Shown here one piece after another: positions 8,066 to 16,243 of a DNA stretch of 33,454 nucleotides. A program made the translations under genes and the position numbers. The number at the start of each line of letters is the position of its first letter. The stretch's first letter is position 1. Below the pieces are notes generated by a model. The model had not been told where the DNA came from. It searched no databases and worked only from the letters and a program-made list of their open reading frames with translations. This DNA comes from a virus (taxonomy: Duplodnaviria > Caudoviricetes): positions 1-33,454 of the IMG/VR virus record IMGVR_UViG_3300044450_000311, one strand, 5' to 3'.

Positions 8066-8835
8066 AGCACGTCCTCCAGGTTCGCCCGGGGAAAGCAGGT
8101 CAGCGCCGTCGCGCGCGAGCAGTTGATCGTCTCCAGGCCGGCGTCCCGGGCGGCGGCGGCCACCCGCTCCCAGCGCGCCCGCCAGCACGCGAATTCGGCG
8201 GCGTTCGGGTTCTTCAGCGCGCCCCCGTGGTCCGCGTGGTAATGCCGCGCGCCGCCGGGGCCGTAGTCGCAGTCGAAGCCGGTCAGGATGCGCCGGCCCG
8301 GCCCGGCCAGATGGAGCGAGAGGTTGTAGGCCTGGGCGCCGGAGTTGGCGTTGTAGTGGATCCGCAGCGGGTCCAGCGACAGCCCCTCGGCGTCCTCCCC
8401 GGGCACGCGATGGCAGCCCCAGTCCGCGGCGCGCGGATGCGGCGTGACCCGCAGGCCGGCGAAGACGCCGGGTCCGGGCGCTTCGTCGCTGTCCCACCAC
8501 TTGGGGTCGCAGGCGTAGAGCAGGTCGGCCCAGGGCGCCTGCTGCCAGACGCGGTTGACGACGATCAGGCGCAGGCGCCGCCGGGGGCCTGCTACTTGCC
8601 GGCCGCCTTCTTCCCGCTCTTCGCGGGCCTGTCGGACGCGCTCGAGGTCGGCGTCTCGGAGGCTGGGTCCGGCGCCGGCGACGACGACGTCGTCTCCGTC
8701 CCAGAGCCGTGGGACGGGAGGCCACTCTCCGGGTCGCCCTCGCCCTCTCCCGGCTCCGTTTCCGTCTCCGTCTCCCCGCTCTCCGGCTCCTCCTTCGCGG
8801 CGTCCTCGGCCGCCGCCTTCGCCGCCGGGGCCAAA
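8062..8835 (-). CDS. DUF115/Maf(MptE)-like putative glycosyltransferase domain; probably translated as a -1 frameshift fusion to 8592..8981
   Basis: VVVAGAGPSL, IVVN, ADLLYACD, NSGAQAYNL, ILTGFD, HYHADH, INCS motifs; no Met in the domain and no RBS-backed start; start coordinate set at the slippery site. Confidence 0.72.
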   Translation of the reverse strand, partial: FGPGGEGGGRGRREGGAGERGDGDGNGAGRGRGRPGEWPPVPRLWDGDDVVVAGAGPSLRDADLERVRQAREEREEGGRQVAGPRRRLRLIVVNRVWQQAPWADLLYACDPKWWDSDEAPGPGVFAGLRVTPHPRAADWGCHRVPGEDAEGLSLDPLRIHYNANSGAQAYNLSLHLAGPGRRILTGFDCDYGPGGARHYHADHGGALKNPNAAEFACWRARWERVAAAARDAGLETINCSRATALTCFPRANLEDVL

Positions 8836-8981
8836 GGGACCGCCCAGCCGTTCGCCTCGGCCACCGCCGCCCCGCGCGGATCGATCTCGATCTCGCCCGG
8901 CAGGAACTCGGTGGGGTGCAGGTCGCCGTCCAGGCAACGCCGGAAGGGCCGCTTGCACATCATGGTGACACGTTCGCTCAT
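8592..8981 (-). CDS. Small head-region protein, 129 aa (about 50-aa folded N-terminus plus low-complexity acidic/Ser-Thr tail)
   Basis: GGAAAGGA RBS before ATG 8981; position after the cement gene, where small capsid-associated genes commonly occur. Confidence 0.75.
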   Translation of the reverse strand: MSERVTMMCKRPFRRCLDGDLHPTEFLPGEIEIDPRGAAVAEANGWAVPLAPAAKAAAEDAAKEEPESGETETETEPGEGEGDPESGLPSHGSGTETTSSSPAPDPASETPTSSASDRPAKSGKKAAGK

Positions 8982-9052
8982 TGCATCGTCCTTTCCATGT
9001 GCCGGCTTCCGGCGACGTACGCGGTACGCCGCCGGAGCAGGTCGCCGGCCCG

Positions 9053-9526
9053 TCAGTCGTCGCTGGTCGGGCGCAGCCCGGCGTTGCCGAGCAGGCAGAC
9101 CACCGAGTAGGGCGTGTTGCCCGGCGTGTTGGCCGCCGTCGCCACGACGCGCGAATAGCGTTTCGGGCCGACGTAGCCGACGCGGTAGGTCTTCGCGTCC
9201 TCCGCCGCGGCATCGACTGTCAGAAAGACCCCGGTCGAGCTGTTCGGGGCCGTGACGGGCGAGGACGCGGAGCCGGTGAGCACGTAGTCGGCATCGGTGA
9301 CGTCCTCGAAGTCCGAGGACGCGCTGTCCGAGTGCTGCAGCTTGAAGGCCCAGGAGGGCTGCGGGCTGTTGGCGACGTTGGCGATCGTGCCGATGGAGAT
9401 CAGGAACTCCTGCGAGTCGAAGCCCCGGTTGTCGACGCCGCTCGCCGGCGTGTTGGTCGAGCTGATCACCTGTGCGGCGACGTGGGTCACCGCCTTGATG
9501 TGGCTGTGCATGTCGCGAGTGGGCAT
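9053..9526 (-). CDS. Putative capsid cement/decoration protein (Bbp16-like jelly roll), 157 aa
   Basis: AAAGGA RBS; directly downstream of the capsid gene; beta-rich pattern GVDNRGFD...KLQHSD...FEDV...GYVGPKRYSRVV. Confidence 0.7.
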   Translation of the reverse strand: MPTRDMHSHIKAVTHVAAQVISSTNTPASGVDNRGFDSQEFLISIGTIANVANSPQPSWAFKLQHSDSASSDFEDVTDADYVLTGSASSPVTAPNSSTGVFLTVDAAAEDAKTYRVGYVGPKRYSRVVATAANTPGNTPYSVVCLLGNAGLRPTSDD

Positions 9527-9620
9527 GGCCCTGTCCTTTCGTCGCTGATCCGCGACGCCGAATCCGCTGCCGCGCAAGGCGGCGGCGGGCTCGACGCGAC
9601 GGAAATCTGGGGAGGGCCGC

Positions 9621-11024
9621 TTAGCTGGCGGCGGCCTTGACCAGCTTGATGGCGTCGAAGTTCACCACGTCGCCGCCGGTCCACTTGGTCGTGTAGAACT
9701 TGACGTAGGGCTTGTCGGTCAGGGGGTCGCGCAGCACGCGCAGGCCGCGGCCGTCCACGATCTGATAGCCCATCGCGAAGTTGCCGAAGGCGATCGAGAA
9801 GCTGTCCGACCCGAGGTTCGGCATGTCCTCCATCGTCACGATGGGGTAGCCGAACAGCTCGAAGCCGCGCACGCCGTCCCGGATGTCGCCCATGCCCACC
9901 AGGTAGCGTCCGTCCGCGTCCTTGAGCTTGCGCACCGCCGCCTCGGTCGCCCGGTTCATCGCCCAGATCGCGCCACCGCGGTACTCGGGCTTCAGGGCCG
10001 CGATCGTGTCGATCAGGGCGTCGGGATCCTTCGCGCCGGCGATGCCGGAGGCGTCCGGGAAGGCGCCGTCGGCACCCAGCGGGATGTACTGCAGGACGCC
10101 CCAGGCGCGGGAGGCGTCCGCCGTGGTGACGGCGGCGCCCCGGTAGTCGAGGAAGCCGCGCGGCTGGGTGACGCCCGTCCCGCTGACGAAGGCCGTGTTC
10201 TCGACGCGGGCCAGCTTGTCGGCGATCTTGCCCGACAGCCAGTCCTCGACGTCGATGGTCGCCATATCGAGCAGCTTCTGGGTGACCTTGGGCTGGGCGT
10301 ACTGCTCGCGCACGTAGATCGTCTGCTCGCCGACCTGCGGCGTGGCGGTGTCCGATCGGGAGTCCGTCTCCCCGACCCAGCCGCCGCTCGTCGCGTCGTT
10401 GGTGTCGGTCGGGAAGGTCACCGAGTCCGTGGTGATCGTGATCACCGAGGCGACCTGGCGGACCGGCGAGGTCTCGAAGATGCGGCGCTTGACATCGTTG
10501 ACCATCTGCGTCGGCACCCAGTACCCGCCGTCAGGGTCGGACCCGACCTCCATGGCGGCCTGCACCGCCGCCTTCTTGTCGCCGCGCCGCAGGAAGGTCT
10601 CCGCGAAGACCTCGGCGTACTTGGAATAGGCCTCGACCTGCGTGTCGTCGAGCTGCACCTCCGTCTGCGCCGTGCGGCCGGCGTGGAACTGGACGGCCTG
10701 CGCCCGGACCTCCTCCGGCTTGGCACCGCCCTCGCCGCCGGCCGGAATGCGCGACATCTGCGCCTCCAGCTCGTCGGTGCGCGCCGCCGCCGCCGACATC
10801 TGCTCCTCCAGCTTCCGCTGCAGGTCGCCGACGGCGGCGTTGACCTTCTCGACGGCGTCGGCGTCGGCCTTGCCCTCGAGGTGCTTGTCGTTCGTCTCGC
10901 GGAACGCCGCGAAGGCCTTGTTCAGCTCGGCGATGGTCTGCTTGACGGTCGCGTCCTGAGTCGCTTCCGCGCGCACGCCGACGATGCCGCGGGAGTTGCC
11001 CCGCAGCTGATCCATGTAGCCCAT
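9621..11024 (-). CDS. Major capsid protein, HK97 family, 467 aa
   Basis: Coiled-coil N-terminal delta domain; DGGYWVP, WVGE, AFVSGTGVTQPRGFL, LKDADGRYL, IAFGNF...Y.IVD, RDPLTDKPYVKFYTTKWTGGDVVNFDAIK motifs; AGGAGA RBS. Confidence 0.97.
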   Translation of the reverse strand: MGYMDQLRGNSRGIVGVRAEATQDATVKQTIAELNKAFAAFRETNDKHLEGKADADAVEKVNAAVGDLQRKLEEQMSAAAARTDELEAQMSRIPAGGEGGAKPEEVRAQAVQFHAGRTAQTEVQLDDTQVEAYSKYAEVFAETFLRRGDKKAAVQAAMEVGSDPDGGYWVPTQMVNDVKRRIFETSPVRQVASVITITTDSVTFPTDTNDATSGGWVGETDSRSDTATPQVGEQTIYVREQYAQPKVTQKLLDMATIDVEDWLSGKIADKLARVENTAFVSGTGVTQPRGFLDYRGAAVTTADASRAWGVLQYIPLGADGAFPDASGIAGAKDPDALIDTIAALKPEYRGGAIWAMNRATEAAVRKLKDADGRYLVGMGDIRDGVRGFELFGYPIVTMEDMPNLGSDSFSIAFGNFAMGYQIVDGRGLRVLRDPLTDKPYVKFYTTKWTGGDVVNFDAIKLVKAAAS

Positions 11025-11035
11025 GGTCTCGTCTC

Positions 11036-11872
11036 CTATTGGATCGTTGCGATGAGGTCCCGGAGATCCGGGACGAGGTCGCCAGCGTCGTGCGTGGCGG
11101 GCGCGGCAGCGCTTGGCGTGCCGCCCTTCAGCTCGCCGATGAGGCTACGGCGCTCACCGCGAGACATGCCCATGCGGGCCAGCGCCAGGTCCGTCTTCCG
11201 GACGGCGGCCACGGCGCGCGTGTCGGCTTGGGATTCCTCGATCTCTGCCGGCGGCAGAAGACCGTCGGCCAGACCGCTGTCGACCGCCTGGCCGCCGTTG
11301 AACCAGGTTTCCCGGTTCATCCAGCCCTCCGCCTCCTCCAGGTCGACGCCGGCGCGGCGGGCGTAGAGGTTCGCCATCGCCTGGTCGAACGGCTCCAGCG
11401 TGTCGGCGGCGGCGCGCATGTCGTGTCGATTGCCGATGGCGATGGCCCAGGCGTTGTGCACCATCATGAAGCCGACCTCGGAGATCAGGACCTCGTCGCC
11501 CGCCATGGCGATGACGCTGGCGGCCGAGGCGGCCAGGCCCATCACCTGCACCGTGACCTTCGCGGGATGCTGGCGCAGCAGCTCGTAGATGCCGATGCCC
11601 TCGAAGAAGTCGCCGCCGGGCGAGTTGACGTTCACGGTCACCGCGCGCTGCCCGATGCGCCTCAGCGCGGCTGCGATGCGCTTGCTGGTGACGCCTTCGC
11701 CAGTCCAGAAGTCCTCGCCGATGATGTCGTAGATCGAGATGACGTTGTCGTCCCCCTCGGAAGCCGCCCGCACGCCGGGCTGCCAGCGGTCCAGCGCACT
11801 CTGCTCCGGCGCGTAGCTCACGCCAGCCGGCGCTTCCAGCGCCTTGATCTCAGGAAGGTTGCGAAGGCTCAT
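11036..11872 (-). CDS. Head maturation protease, ClpP-related, 278 aa
   Basis: IYDIIG, NVNSPGGDFFEG, GLAASAAS (catalytic Ser), MMVHNAW (His), ETWF motifs; located between portal and capsid. Confidence 0.95.
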   Translation of the reverse strand: MSLRNLPEIKALEAPAGVSYAPEQSALDRWQPGVRAASEGDDNVISIYDIIGEDFWTGEGVTSKRIAAALRRIGQRAVTVNVNSPGGDFFEGIGIYELLRQHPAKVTVQVMGLAASAASVIAMAGDEVLISEVGFMMVHNAWAIAIGNRHDMRAAADTLEPFDQAMANLYARRAGVDLEEAEGWMNRETWFNGGQAVDSGLADGLLPPAEIEESQADTRAVAAVRKTDLALARMGMSRGERRSLIGELKGGTPSAAAPATHDAGDLVPDLRDLIATIQ

Positions 11873-13112
11873 CGCGCTCGTCTCCGAAGAGGTTGCTGGC
11901 CGGCGTGTAGTCGTCGCCGCCTTCGATCGGGTTCAGGTCTTCCTGCTCGCGCACGTCGTTCGTGCTCAGCCAGCCGTTCTGTCGGCCGATCGCGTAGGCC
12001 TCGTAGCGGGTCTTGATGTCGGCCCGCAGCAGGCCGTCGACGTTGAATTTCATGCTGCGCTGCCGCACCCGGCCGGCCATCTCCGGCATGAGCAGTTGCG
12101 CGTTGACCGCGGCCTCCCAGCGCCGCAGCCACGGCATCAGCGAGTACTTCACGAACTCCAGAGACTGCTGCTCGATGTTGCTGAAGGTCGCGCGGTCCAG
12201 GTCGGCCAGCATGTGCGGCGGGATGCGGTAGAGCCGCGCCACCTCGGCGATCTGGAACTTGCGGGTCTCCAGGAACTGGGCGTCCTTGTTGTTCATGACC
12301 AGCGGCTCCCACTTGAAGCCGCCGTCGAGCACCGCCGTGCCCAGGGCGTTCTCGCCGCCGTGCGCCGCCTGCCAGGACGACGCGATCTGCTTGATCTGGT
12401 CTCCGGTCAGCGACTTGTCGGTCGAAAGCACCCCGGCGGGCCGCGCCGAGTTGCCGAAGAGCTGGCCGCCCCAACGCTCCGCCGCCATCGCCAGCCCGAT
12501 GCTGTCGCGCCCCGATTTCAGCCGCGACAAGCCTTCGTAGCCGTTCAGGCTCCGATCGCGGATGTGGAACACCTTGTCCTGGCCCAGGACCACCTGGTTT
12601 CCGTTCGGCAGGCTGACCCGGTAGGTGACGCGGTACTGCTCGTCCTGCTCGACCCGAACGCGGTCGGGGTGGATCGGCAGCAGCTCCTGCAGCCGCCCCG
12701 TGCTGCGCAGCCGATTCTTGAAGGCGTAGCAGTTGCCCCACAGGGCCAGGTGGGTCTGCAGCAACTCGCGGAACTGAAAGCTGTCCTGCCAGCCGTTCGG
12801 GCGGTCGTGCAGCACGCGGAACACGTCGTCGTCGGTGATCCGCTCGCGGCGCCGGTCGCCCGCGTCGCGAAAGACGACGATCGGCAGCTGCGCGACCGAC
12901 TCGGCGAGGATCGCGACCGCGCAGCCGACCGCCTGGACCATCAACGCCGTCTTGGGCGTCAGGATCACCTGCGCGGCGGTGCCCACGTCCTGCGCGATCA
13001 ACGCCTGTTCGAGTTCCCGGCTTGTCGTGATCGCCGCCCGGATGCGCCGCCCCGCGGGGCGCATCGGGCGCGACGGCCTCGCAAGCCATCCCTGCGCCGC
13101 GGTCGCTGCCAT
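11850..13112 (-). CDS. Portal protein, HK97 family, about 420 aa
   Basis: ILAESVAQLP, RPNGWQ, LWGNCYA, LLPIHPDRV, VFHIR, DAQFLETRKFQIAEVARLYRIPPHML, TFSNIEQQ motifs; ATG 13112 overlaps the terL stop. Confidence 0.96.
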   Translation of the reverse strand: MAATAAQGWLARPSRPMRPAGRRIRAAITTSRELEQALIAQDVGTAAQVILTPKTALMVQAVGCAVAILAESVAQLPIVVFRDAGDRRRERITDDDVFRVLHDRPNGWQDSFQFRELLQTHLALWGNCYAFKNRLRSTGRLQELLPIHPDRVRVEQDEQYRVTYRVSLPNGNQVVLGQDKVFHIRDRSLNGYEGLSRLKSGRDSIGLAMAAERWGGQLFGNSARPAGVLSTDKSLTGDQIKQIASSWQAAHGGENALGTAVLDGGFKWEPLVMNNKDAQFLETRKFQIAEVARLYRIPPHMLADLDRATFSNIEQQSLEFVKYSLMPWLRRWEAAVNAQLLMPEMAGRVRQRSMKFNVDGLLRADIKTRYEAYAIGRQNGWLSTNDVREQEDLNPIEGGDDYTPASNLFGDERDEPSQPS

Positions 13113-14827
13113 CAGACCACCATCACTCCGTGGGTCGCGGTGTAGCTGGGCGCCTCGACCTGCTGGGCGCACATCAGCGCCATGCCCGTCACGGCCGCCA
13201 CGATGCCGTCGATCTTCTCGACCGCGCGTTTCTTGTCGGGCTTGATGTTGCCCTGCGGATCGGTGCGCACGACCGCGTTGCTCGCCATCCAGGTCAGCAC
13301 CGGGTGGTTGCCGTGCTCCAGCAGGGTCTCCTCGACCACCAGGCGCTCCAGCTCGCGCGTCGCGCTGCCCAGGCTGCCGAACTGCTGGAACACCCGAACG
13401 CTGTGGACGCCCTCGTTCTCCAGCTCCTGCTGCAGCTGCTGGGCGTTGTGCGGATCGAACCCGGCGCCCTTGACCTCGAAGCGGCTGCAGTCCTCCAGGA
13501 TCTGGCGCTTCAGCGTTCCGAAGTCGGTCGCGTTGCCCTCTGTGATCGTCAGCGCGCCCATGCGCGCCCAGGCGTCGTAAGGGACCAGGAAGCGTGCCAC
13601 CCGGTCCTCGACGGAGGCGCCCGGCACCCAGAAGCGGGGCAGCAGCACCGTGCGCTCTCCCGGCGCCTGCGGCGGGAAGATCAGCACCCAGGCCGAGAGG
13701 TCGCGCACGGCGCCGATGTCCATGCCGGCGAAGCACGGCCGCCCGATCAGTTGCGCTTCCAGCCTGCGCCAGGCGTCCGGGTCATGCGGCCAGGCCGTGC
13801 ATTTCGCCCAGGCCTTCATCGGCAGCCAGCGCGACGCCTGCTCCACCCAGTGATTGAGGTGGAACCGGCGGTAGTCGTTCTCCTGCCGCGGCGTGCGCTG
13901 CGCCTTGACCCGCTCGCCGCGCAGGAACTCCAGCTTGACCGAGCGGTCCAGGTTGGGGTTGGCCGCGCACAGCGCGCGGTCGCTCGTCCAGTCCTCGTCC
14001 GGGTCGGCCGCATAGACGACCGGCAGGAAGCTCGGGTCGATCACCTCGCCCTTCAGCACCTGGCCCGCGTACTGGTGGACCTCCCATCCGTAGCCGCGGT
14101 TGCGCACCCCGGCCGTCGTGATGAAGACCTCGAGCGGCTGGCGCCGGGCGCCCATGCCCTTGTGCACCACGTCGGCCTGCTCGCCGTCCGGCCACTCGTG
14201 CAGCTCGTCGCCCAGCGCGAAGCTCGGCGAGAAGCCGTGCTTGTTCGCCGCGCCGCGGCCCAGCGGCTTAAAGCTGGCCTGCAGCTCGGGGCAGAAGATC
14301 GAGGGCTTGAAGACCTCCAGCGCGCCGGACAGCGCCGGCGAGCCGGCGACCATCTGGGCCGCCTTGGTGAAGAGTATCTTCGCCTGGCCTTCGTCGACGG
14401 CCATGACGTAGCCCTGGCCGCCGTACTCCCGATCGCCGATCAGCAGCAGGATCGCCAGGCCGGCGGCGAAGCTCGTCTTGCCGTTCTTGCGCGCGATCTC
14501 GATGTAGACCGTGCGCAGCAGCCGCCGCCCGTCCGGCAGCTTCCAGCCGAAGATCTGGCGGACGACCGCCTCTTCCCAGGGGTCCAGCACGAAGGGCCGG
14601 CCGGCCCATTCGCCCTCGACATGCCGCAGGTACTTCGGGAAGAAGGCGACCGCCTTGTCGGCCGCCGCCGCGTCGTACCAGGCGCCCAGCTCCTCCGCCC
14701 CGCGCGGCATCGGCGGCGGCTCGCCGCGCAGCAGCCAGCCGTGCGGCCCCTTGGCCTGCACCTCGGCGACCAGCTGCGCCAGCTCGGCTTCTTGCCCGAC
14801 CTCCGTCTGGGCGACCGCGACCGCCAC
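13112..14827 (-). CDS. terL: Terminase large subunit
   Basis: Walker A IARKNGKT, Walker B LGDELHE, ITTAG, nuclease GMDIGAVRDLSA and KIDGIVA; start taken as GTG 14827 just after the terS stop (ATG 14710 is an alternative). Confidence 0.95.
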   Translation of the reverse strand: MAVAVAQTEVGQEAELAQLVAEVQAKGPHGWLLRGEPPPMPRGAEELGAWYDAAAADKAVAFFPKYLRHVEGEWAGRPFVLDPWEEAVVRQIFGWKLPDGRRLLRTVYIEIARKNGKTSFAAGLAILLLIGDREYGGQGYVMAVDEGQAKILFTKAAQMVAGSPALSGALEVFKPSIFCPELQASFKPLGRGAANKHGFSPSFALGDELHEWPDGEQADVVHKGMGARRQPLEVFITTAGVRNRGYGWEVHQYAGQVLKGEVIDPSFLPVVYAADPDEDWTSDRALCAANPNLDRSVKLEFLRGERVKAQRTPRQENDYRRFHLNHWVEQASRWLPMKAWAKCTAWPHDPDAWRRLEAQLIGRPCFAGMDIGAVRDLSAWVLIFPPQAPGERTVLLPRFWVPGASVEDRVARFLVPYDAWARMGALTITEGNATDFGTLKRQILEDCSRFEVKGAGFDPHNAQQLQQELENEGVHSVRVFQQFGSLGSATRELERLVVEETLLEHGNHPVLTWMASNAVVRTDPQGNIKPDKKRAVEKIDGIVAAVTGMALMCAQQVEAPSYTATHGVMVV

Positions 14828-14831
14828 GGCC

Positions 14832-15383
14832 CTACTGCAGATAGCCGATCGGGCTATCCTTCCGCACCGTCTCGTCCTCGCCGGCCGACGCCCCCTGGTC
14901 ACCCAGCGGCAGCTCGCCCGGCAGCTGCGTCCCCGCCGCCTGCGCCATCTTCATCAGCTGCTCCTGCCGCGCCCGCGGATTGAGGCCCAGCCGGTCCTCC
15001 ATCTCGATCAGCTCCTTCTTCAGGCGCGAGGCCACGTTGAAGCGCGGGTCGATGCGGCGCATCTTGCCGACGCCGCCCGTCATGGGCGCCAGGTAGGTCG
15101 TGCCGTGCTTGCGCACCGCCTTCTGCACCTTCCAGAACTCGGCCAGCGTGTCGCAGTAGCGTACGAAGACCGGCTCGTCGGTCGCGCGCAGCAGCTTCAT
15201 CTGCACCAGGTGCGGCCGCAGCCGCCGCCAGATCGCCTTGCCCACGTCGGTCAGCTGGTCCGGCGCCGCGTCCGCGATCTCGGCCGCCTCGGGCACCGCC
15301 GCCGGCTTGCGCTGCGCGCGCTTGCCCGGGTTGCCCTTCGCCGCCTGCACCGCCGGGCTGTCCGCCTTCCGCCCACGCGCCAT
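14832..15383 (-). CDS. terS: Terminase small subunit, P27 family, 183 aa
   Basis: GGAGG RBS; MARGRK...KGNPGKR...AP..L...W...YC...LGLNPRAR signature. Confidence 0.92.
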   Translation of the reverse strand: MARGRKADSPAVQAAKGNPGKRAQRKPAAVPEAAEIADAAPDQLTDVGKAIWRRLRPHLVQMKLLRATDEPVFVRYCDTLAEFWKVQKAVRKHGTTYLAPMTGGVGKMRRIDPRFNVASRLKKELIEMEDRLGLNPRARQEQLMKMAQAAGTQLPGELPLGDQGASAGEDETVRKDSPIGYLQ

Positions 15384-15469
15384 AGCGTCCTCCCGCGTAC
15401 CCCGTACGCCCAACCCCGCCGCCCCCGAAGCGCGTCGCCCGAAGCGCCGCGCGCCGTCCGGAGCCGAGC

Positions 15470-15600
15470 AAAAAAAAGTTCCCCCAATTTCGCGGAACCA
15501 CGAATTTGTGAGGCGAAGCGGTCCCAAGCGGGGCGGTTGTAGGGATTTGACCGCCCCCACCCCTGGTGGGTCGCAAGCCCTGGGTGCCGCTAGATGTAGG
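15470..15600. other. Candidate cos/packaging initiation region
   Basis: Non-coding, AT-richer gap between HNH and terS (minus strand ...GGGGTGGGGGCGGTCAAATCCCTAC...GCGAAATT...TTTTTTTT); cos lies at this position in HK97-like phages; exact cut site not determinable. Confidence 0.5.
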
Positions 15601-15612
15601 GCCGGGCCTGCG

Positions 15613-16014
15613 CTAGAGGGCGCCGAGGGCGCGGCGCAGCTGCTGCGCCGTCTCGCTGTCGAAGCACAGCTGGTCCGCCCGGATCTCGCCGCGCTCCCAC
15701 ATCGCCTCCAGCCGCGCCTTGATCACGTCGTGGCACGGCTCGCACCCGGGCTGCCAGTTCGCCGGGTCCCAGAAGCGCGCCATGTCGCCATGGTGCGGGA
15801 CCGTGTGGTCGGTCACCCGCGCCGGCCGGATCACCCCGACCGTCTGGCAGCAGAGGCAGAGCGGATGCGCCGCCAGGAAGCCGCGCGAGGTGCGATCCCA
15901 ATGCGCCGAGTAGCCCCGCGCGCGCGCCGAGCCGCGCCGCCGGTCCGCCGCCTTCCGGCTGTCCGCGGTGCGCGGCTGGCTCGGCGGCCGGAAGGCGGGC
16001 GGCACGTTCGGCAT
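15613..16014 (-). CDS. HNH endonuclease (HK97 gp74-like terminase cofactor), 133 aa
   Basis: RGSARARGY...W...HPLCLCC...VTDHTVPHHGD...FWDPANWQPGCEPCHD; located upstream of terS. Confidence 0.93.
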   Translation of the reverse strand: MPNVPPAFRPPSQPRTADSRKAADRRRGSARARGYSAHWDRTSRGFLAAHPLCLCCQTVGVIRPARVTDHTVPHHGDMARFWDPANWQPGCEPCHDVIKARLEAMWERGEIRADQLCFDSETAQQLRRALGAL

Positions 16015-16148
16015 CACATGGCCCTCGCTCCCGCTGAAAGGGCGGGCGGCCCGGCGCGCCTCCAGCGGCCCCACGCAAGCGTAGGACCTCGGCGCGACAG
16101 GCCGCCCTAGGCGCGTTCGGAGAGATCGAACAGCGTCGCCTCCGCCCA

Positions 16149-16189
16149 ACGAAAAGCCCGCCACGGGCCGGACCCGGGCGGGCTTTCGT
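16149..16189 (-). terminator. Intrinsic terminator (tR'-like) at the head of the late operon
   Basis: Minus strand ACGAAAGCCCGCC-loop-GGCGGGCTTTTCGT hairpin followed by a U-run. Confidence 0.7.
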
Positions 16190-16213
16190 CACACGGGTGC
16201 GACGATGGCGGAG

Positions 16214-16243
16214 ACGCTAGGCGTGTGTTCGACACCGTGTCAA
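16214..16243 (-). promoter_or_regulatory. Candidate sigma70 late promoter (pR'-like)
   Basis: Perfect -35 TTGACA (16243-16238), 18-nt spacer, -10 TAGCGT (16219-16214); immediately after the Q-like gene and just upstream of a terminator. Confidence 0.6.

Noticed and set aside
8592-8725. Ser/Thr-rich tail of the 129-aa protein as an evolved glycosylation acceptor
   Set aside because: TETTSSSPAP is simply the shifted reading of GAC GAC GTC GTC GTC GCC (DDVVVA) of the overlapping enzyme frame, so its composition is not independent evidence
5815-8835. GtrABC-type serotype conversion locus or captured host capsule operon
   Set aside because: No membrane flippase or polytopic transferase, no transporter or nucleotide-sugar synthesis genes, no separate promoter seen, and genes are translationally coupled to virion genes; not fully excluded without expression data
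8836-9213. N-terminal extension of ORF 8062..9213 from ATG 9213
   Set aside because: Overlaps the cement gene and the 129-aa gene out of frame, lacks an RBS and reads as low-complexity shadow sequence
9053-9526. BPP-1-like diversity-generating retroelement suggested by the Bbp16-like gene
   Set aside because: No reverse transcriptase motif and no TR/VR pair with adenine-specific mismatches in the window
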